Source: Tetramitus jugosus
Lineage: Eukaryota; Protista; Heterolobosea
Direction of reading: 5' to 3'
NCBI GenBank assembly: GCA_937625935.1
Contig: OW569346.1
Span: 620,001 to 684,000, forward strand
DNA: 64,000 bases
Below the pieces are notes generated by a model. The model was not told the origin of the DNA. It saw only the letters and a program-made list of their open reading frames with translations, and did not search any database. The position numbers were made by a program, and so were the translations under genes. Of the stretch, positions 58,412 through 64,000 are shown piece after piece (the stretch's first letter is position 1; each line of letters opens with the position of its first letter).

Positions 58412-58611
58412 GGGAGCGTCCAGATATTATTTCTTACGGCCCCCCTAGGGAGGGTCTGAGAAATTTATTCAAATATTTATTCATAGGGGGTCTCTTGATC
58501 CCAATCCTAGTAGGAGAATTATTCGCTCGAATTTACAGGAAAATATGTTATTCAAATTTATTCAAAACAGGCAGAGAGGTTCAAAAATGAATATAATATC
58601 TGGACGCTCCC
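58412..58611. mobile_element. 200-bp MITE (PIF/Harbinger/Tourist-like)
   Basis: Perfect 19-bp TIRs GGGAGCGTCCAGATATTAT (58412-58430 and 58593-58611); 3-bp direct repeat GAT on both sides; five internal TTATTC motifs. Confidence 0.85.
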
Positions 58612-58612
58612 G

Positions 58613-59734
58613 ATGTTCAAATTTAAACAACGAAACATTGGTGTGGGTTGGGTTTGGGTTTGGGACTATGGGCGTGACAAGACTGTTTTCGATGCACTGG
58701 AAGCCAGACAGAACACATTGAAGATTTTCGAATCTGCGAAAGATGCTATCTGTGTCGATGGCGATCCGGAATATGTATCCAAGTGTTTGCGTGAGCGCAT
58801 GGACATTGAAGTAGACAGTCTCAAGGCTATACGAGCCGAAAGTACAATCGATCCAGGACGCATGGCTCTTGCCGTTAAGAATGATGGAAACATGCCACAG
58901 GATATGTTGGCACACAAGATCACCGAGAATAGCGATACGGTGTACAATCCACATTTGATTCCCAAGAATAAGGAAGATTATGGTGCAGTGTTCGATGAAG
59001 ATGTCGATGACCAAGATGTTGTCTTTGAACGTGACGACGAAGAGGAGTTGAGCGAGGCCCACCTTGATCCATTCAGTTATGCAACCAACATTGACACCGT
59101 GGCAAACTCACAGCTTGTCATGGTATCTATTTTCTCCATGTGCCAACAACGGCTTGCTAAGGACAGACGCAAAGGCAATGAGACACAGTATCTGCTGAAT
59201 ATGCCAGCATACGGTGCTGCACAAATAGCTGGAGAACTATGCGAACCAGATCCAACTGATCATACACACCGCCTCTGTGCATGTGCGGGAGACTATATAC
59301 CAGGCGATAGTTCGCCTGAGAATATGCGCAGAAACCGATGTATTGCGTTCAGAGACACCAAATCACGCATTACACTTAAAGAATTCACTCTGGACTGGCT
59401 CAAGAAGGGAGAACCTCTTCCAAAAGAACGATTTCCGTGCATTTTGTGTGTGCGGATGGGTGTATCAGCGTACATCTGGGCACTCAAAGCAAACAACGAA
59501 ATGCGGTCAGAGTTTGTTGCACAGCCACATGCTAATACCACTGGACGTGGTGGGTACAGACCTGAAGTGTTCATCCCACAGACGCGTACCTTTCATGGTC
59601 TCGTTTCTCACTTTGTGCGCTACAGGGCTGATGACTACATTGAATCTGACTGTGTTCGGTATGCAAAGGGTAATCCGACATATCCTATTCGTGCCATTTT
59701 TGAGCGGGAGCAGCCGTCATCCACACGCCATTAG
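58613..59734 (+). CDS. Orphan Cys-containing protein, virus-like; 5' end probably chimeric
   Basis: 373-codon intronless ORF with RLCAC...RCIAF...LKEF...PCILCVR. The first ~20 codons derive from the MITE TSD and the G-tract. Confidence 0.6.
   Translation: MFKFKQRNIGVGWVWVWDYGRDKTVFDALEARQNTLKIFESAKDAICVDGDPEYVSKCLRERMDIEVDSLKAIRAESTIDPGRMALAVKNDGNMPQDMLAHKITENSDTVYNPHLIPKNKEDYGAVFDEDVDDQDVVFERDDEEELSEAHLDPFSYATNIDTVANSQLVMVSIFSMCQQRLAKDRRKGNETQYLLNMPAYGAAQIAGELCEPDPTDHTHRLCACAGDYIPGDSSPENMRRNRCIAFRDTKSRITLKEFTLDWLKKGEPLPKERFPCILCVRMGVSAYIWALKANNEMRSEFVAQPHANTTGRGGYRPEVFIPQTRTFHGLVSHFVRYRADDYIESDCVRYAKGNPTYPIRAIFEREQPSSTRH
58645..58664 (+). repeat. Telomere-like / G-quadruplex-forming tract GGGTTGGGTTTGGGTTTGGG
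   Basis: Four GGG runs with 2-3 T spacers, read directly from the sequence. Confidence 0.75.
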
Positions 59735-59747
59735 CCAACTCGTGCCA

Positions 59748-61583
59748 ATGTGCTCGCGTGTGTGCTATTCAGTGCACCGTACGCCAAGAGACCACTGGGA
59801 TATGCTGCTCCTTAAACTAAACACGACCCAGGTCCTAAGCAAAGTGTTTCGAGACTGTGCTGACGATTCATTCAGGAGACTGCTGATGCACTGTCTGTCA
59901 AAGAATGCACTCCTACTTCCCATGACAACAAAACCTGGTTTTGTGTGTGATAAGCATGCTCAATTCGATAGCAGAGACGGATTGGTGGATGAATACATGC
60001 GTGAGTATGTTGTTCGTGTCAAGGCCAACACCGATATGAGCGAATTGAGCCGAGACTCTGGTGCACGGAATAGTGCCCTCGATGAGATGATTCTCATCGA
60101 TGGGATCAGTCATGACACGGTTCGCGAACAGTTCAAGGTGCAAGACATTAGCTTTTTCCACACACCGAAGTATCGCTACTGTTACTGGAATCCATTGGCC
60201 AAATACCGGGTCTTCAGAGAACGCCGACTATTCGACCTCCCGTTGTATTTCATTCTATGTGCTCGCATTAATCTATGCATGCATATGGTACGCCTACTAT
60301 ATGACACCATCGAAGTGGGAAAACGCAATCCCTGTGCCAAAAGCGAACTTTCGTCTTCGCAATACGCCACAACTCTGTCATCAGGCAAAGACACCCAACA
60401 GAACCGTGCTTTTGTCGAGAATAATGACAGACTCGACCATATACTCCACAACGAACACCACTACCAACGTACAGGTGGTCAGACACGTCTGACGAGCTTC
60501 AACAAGTTCACATTACTTCTGCTACTGGAGAAGCTGGAGGAGATGCTCTACATTCATGTGCGTATCATGTGCCTAATCGAAGAGCTGTGCAAGCGTGAAG
60601 ATTCTGAATGTCTCATGTCGCTGTTCGCTAATCCGTTAATTATGAATTGTTTTGTGGGTGACATGCGTGATCGTGTATCCGTCCAGGATCTGACGAGCAG
60701 TGAGGAAGTGTTTGATGAACACGAAGCCTATGAGAAGAACACTGTCCAAATTCTGCAGCACTCGAAGAAGTTGTGTCTTATCCAACGCTGCTTCAGTGTT
60801 GTGGACAGTATGGCGGGAGTAGACAATGCTCAGTCCATCATGCACAAGACAGAAGACATCGTATTGGTGAACCTACGTCAAAGATGTCAGCATTTTGATT
60901 CGGTGCTTAGTTCAGGTGGTGTTATCTCACATCCACTAATTGCAGTGGACGCCGACAAAGGTGAAGTAGACAGAATCAGTTTAACCATCTCTCCCAAGAA
61001 CAAGAAACAGAGGACAGCAGGGAAGGTTAACTCAAGATGCCTCGGACTCGTGACAACAGATGTTAGCATCATGGCACAATGTCGCAGTGAAGCGTATGGT
61101 AAAGATGCTGTGCAACTGGGCGAGTATTGCAAAACGAAGCTCGAAAGAATCAGAGCAAAAGACAGACAGCTTTTTGGACGGTTAAGTTCAGTTAGCACGA
61201 TAGGTATGTCGTTCACTGAATGTACAGACATGCTTCGCGGTCTTGCATTGGACACAAGTTCTGTCGAAACCCTACACAGTCTGTTAGTCTATTTCAGACC
61301 GGACTGTGCAGGTAGTCAATCGTTAAGACATCCCATATCGTTCCGATGTGAAACACGTCACACACTGATCAAGCAAGTACGAGCGAGTACCGAAGGACGC
61401 ACTCACTTCACGAGGTATACTGGATGTGGCCAAATGCACAATCTACTTTGCGTGTCTGTTGCGCATGAACCTTTGCATGGGTCTCGTTTTCTGGTGTTCT
61501 TTGTGGGAATTAGCAATCTCGACACTGCGATTGCATTCCAACAAGGTACGATCCTGTGTCTCTGGACAACTACCAGATCTTGA
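59748..61583 (+). CDS. Large orphan protein, virus-like (mislabelled as minus strand in the ORF track)
   Basis: The plus strand from 59277 reads GTG CAT GTG CGG GAG = the listed MHVRE... The likely ATG is at 59748, 13 nt after the previous stop. Confidence 0.6.
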   Translation: MCSRVCYSVHRTPRDHWDMLLLKLNTTQVLSKVFRDCADDSFRRLLMHCLSKNALLLPMTTKPGFVCDKHAQFDSRDGLVDEYMREYVVRVKANTDMSELSRDSGARNSALDEMILIDGISHDTVREQFKVQDISFFHTPKYRYCYWNPLAKYRVFRERRLFDLPLYFILCARINLCMHMVRLLYDTIEVGKRNPCAKSELSSSQYATTLSSGKDTQQNRAFVENNDRLDHILHNEHHYQRTGGQTRLTSFNKFTLLLLLEKLEEMLYIHVRIMCLIEELCKREDSECLMSLFANPLIMNCFVGDMRDRVSVQDLTSSEEVFDEHEAYEKNTVQILQHSKKLCLIQRCFSVVDSMAGVDNAQSIMHKTEDIVLVNLRQRCQHFDSVLSSGGVISHPLIAVDADKGEVDRISLTISPKNKKQRTAGKVNSRCLGLVTTDVSIMAQCRSEAYGKDAVQLGEYCKTKLERIRAKDRQLFGRLSSVSTIGMSFTECTDMLRGLALDTSSVETLHSLLVYFRPDCAGSQSLRHPISFRCETRHTLIKQVRASTEGRTHFTRYTGCGQMHNLLCVSVAHEPLHGSRFLVFFVGISNLDTAIAFQQGTILCLWTTTRS

Positions 61584-63832
61584 TGGTTTGGAGTTTGATG
61601 CCTGTGGTCCATATGATAGAGACTTTAGCGAACGTGATGTTCATCACACTGAAGAACCACTCACACTGATTCGTGCTCTCAAATTCCAGGCATATCTTGC
61701 CTTCATGGATCATGTACCCCTTATGACCTACATTCTGGACACACACCACTTTACCGATAAACTCATCATGGAGTACCTGGATGGAAAGCACTACAGCATT
61801 ATCAAACCCACTCCAAATCGCTTCAACAACTGCCACAAGCTACCGTCTATGGAAAATGTATTGTACAGTTTGGATTACTCACGCGAGTCGTCTGATGACA
61901 ACCAGGACGACATTACCTACGCCATCAGCAAGGTACTGCCCAACATTTGCAGCTCGCGTTTCATGGAACGTATGATCATGGCCCGTTACGATCGTAATCC
62001 GGAGTTCCAACGTCTCCTCAATCAGGTACTCGAGTGCTCATTGCTCGGGCTTTATCCACACTGCAATCATCACTCCTTGCTCCAGAATCCATGCTATATC
62101 ATTTCCATGTACAATCAAATGTATAGTGCCAGTCATAAGCAGAGCCAAGTCAGTACACTCACACCAGGTCCCAAATTTAGGCATCAACTGATGCATCAAG
62201 TGGGAAAGAACGAAAAGGTGCTGATTGCTGTCATTCGAGAGTTCTTTGTTCATGCCGTGTCCGAGTCGAGTGTCGCAGAGTGGGCCATGCGAAATGTGGT
62301 ATGGAAGGAACCGCCGTTTGCTCCATGGGACGACTACAGAATACACACGCTTCATAATACTCTCTGGCGTCTCGCCTCCAGTATATGGAAAATGGAGTAC
62401 AATGGGGAAAAGATGGAGCATTGTGTATCGACTATCAGTACAACACATGCCGTGTCCCCACAACGGTCAGTTCCTGAGTCTATGCATCACAGAGCGAAAA
62501 ATGCATCGAAATGTTGTTGTGTGCCACAGAACCCGATTTTATGCGCAAAGTGGTGCTAGCCGGTCATCCAGATGCATGCCTCATTTCAGACAATGAACTG
62601 TTCAGGATCAAAAAGAGACGACAACGGAGGAAGAAGCACAAGACAGTGGCATGGAAGTCTGATCATCATAAGCATCGCACCTACGAGTACGGCTTCTGTG
62701 AAATGCTTCGTAAGACTCTTACTCAGTCTTACGTCAGGCGTTGTATTGGTGCTGGTGGACCATCAAAAAGTGGATGTCCTGATGTGTTGTTAGCCCCGCA
62801 ATGGAGGACGAAGAGTGCGAAGACGAACCAGAATCCGAGACGTCCGACAAGAAAGAGATGGTTCTGGACTGTACATCCTTAATCAAATTCGACTTTAGCA
62901 CCGGTGTACTTGATCAACCACTGATTGCATCCAACCCCGTTGTTGAGGATCTGAGCAAGTCCAAACGCAAAGAGCTAACAAATCGTGCAATGAACAACTA
63001 CCGTGATAGCCAACGTAGCCCATGCAGCACTGAGCCGTACAATGTAATTGTGCCATTTCGTGCGTTTGGTCATCTGGTGCTTGACATGCTCAAGACCGGA
63101 GAGACCGATATGTACATGTACTGCTCGCGTTGTGCTAACTTTTGCGTCTATCATGCACTGCTTGTGCATGACGGGCACTTTGTCTGCCAACGATGTTCAG
63201 TCAAGGACCTGCTTCTATGTGTATCAACGACCACTAACACACCACATAATGAAATGCTGCCTATCAGCCCTGAGAGTGCACTATGCATTCATGAAGGTGG
63301 GATACTGATGACAGAAAAGCCAACAAACATACTTCAGAACCGGCGCTATGCTGTTGTTAGCCAGATCAATGATCCTGACATTTACAGCCATGTGGACGGA
63401 GGGAGAAAGCCACCCAGCACAGTCAACAATGGTACATTGTCTGTTGTCTCTCGGAAAAAGGGCGGACGTGGTAAACCACCACCAGACACCAAAACACCAA
63501 CCACACAACGTGCTGTTTCGCGTGATAGTGAGTACGAAGCCCTGAAACAGACAGCACGTAACCCTGGCAAATTACGGTGTCACTTTGGTTCCTCTTTCTA
63601 CACAGTGGACACAATGGGTAAATTGCGGTCATGTGTTATGTCGAACTTGGCTGTAGCAGCCAACGAATATCTTTCAAACCCACACTTTACCGAAAACCGA
63701 CTGTATAATGGTGACCATGTTTGTTTGAGTGTTGTTTTGACAGTTTGTTTGTTTTTCCACGAATGTCATGTGAAATGGCCTAACCAAAAATTCCTTTTTT
63801 TTTGGGAAAACGACCATGGCCATTTCACATGA
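61426..63832 (+). pseudogene. Frameshift-broken large orphan gene with zinc-binding motifs, virus-like
   Basis: Overlapping same-strand ORFs 61426-62559, 62511-62882 and 62801-63832; motifs CSLLGLYPHC and CSRCANF...VCQRC. Confidence 0.5.
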
Positions 63833-63839
63833 CATTCGT
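63759..63839. repeat. Perfect 22-bp inverted repeat with a 37-nt spacer
   Basis: ACGAATGTCATGTGAAATGGCC (63759-63780) pairs with GGCCATTTCACATGACATTCGT (63818-63839). Confidence 0.9.
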
Positions 63840-63875
63840 TAACACCACAAGAAAAAAAAGGAATCAGCCACTAAG

Positions 63876-64000
63876 ATGAGCAAGAGGAAGGCAAAAGTAA
63901 TTGAAATCGTATCTGACGAAGAAGAAGAAGAAGAAGAGGAGGAAGAAATCAAGATTAAGAAAAAGAAGACTGCTGCAAAGAAAGTTCCATCAGATTATGT
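63876..64000 (+). CDS. Hypothetical protein, partial (runs off the right edge)
   Basis: ATG at 63876; MSKRKAKVIEIVSDEEEEEEEEEEIKIKKKK... stays open to the edge. Confidence 0.55.
   Translation, partial: MSKRKAKVIEIVSDEEEEEEEEEEIKIKKKKTAAKKVPSDY

Noticed and set aside
63423-63632. Minus-strand PLCPLCRK resembling the end of a RING finger
   Set aside because: An in-frame stop lies just upstream and the other RING ligands are missing; it is probably chance.
40770-63832. Alternative genetic code as an explanation for the broken ORFs
   Set aside because: The breaks are frame changes rather than in-frame stops, and intact genes end normally in TAA, TAG or TGA.

Overview
This is gene-dense, AT-rich eukaryotic DNA with few, short GT-AG introns, tiny intergenic spacers and CAA/AAC-type coding microsatellites. 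It is most consistent with a free-living protist; Heterolobosea/Discoba-like is an inference only. Three zones are visible. (1) 1-40.7 kb holds intact host genes: ADCK/ABC1 kinase, LMBR1-family protein, kelch protein, Utp12-domain protein, a giant UBR4/BIG, RNase T2, two secreted SH3b proteins (one with a C39-like peptidase), an F-box/LRR protein, a PB1+NYN protein, a MUN-domain protein, VMP1, PIG-Q and a K2P channel. (2) 40.7-58.6 kb is a decaying accessory zone of F-box/LRR/ankyrin genes, truncated or frameshifted fragments and two non-autonomous DNA transposons with exact TIRs and TSDs; one of them sits inside the Walker A motif of a GTPase gene. (3) 58.65-63.8 kb is an intronless, compositionally distinct, co-oriented block of Cys-rich orphan ORFs with serial frameshifts. 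It is bounded by a telomere-like G-tract and a perfect 22-bp inverted repeat, and is best read as a candidate endogenous large-DNA-virus fragment (unconfirmed). The supplied ORF track labels 59277..61583 as minus strand, but the listed protein is the plus-strand translation.
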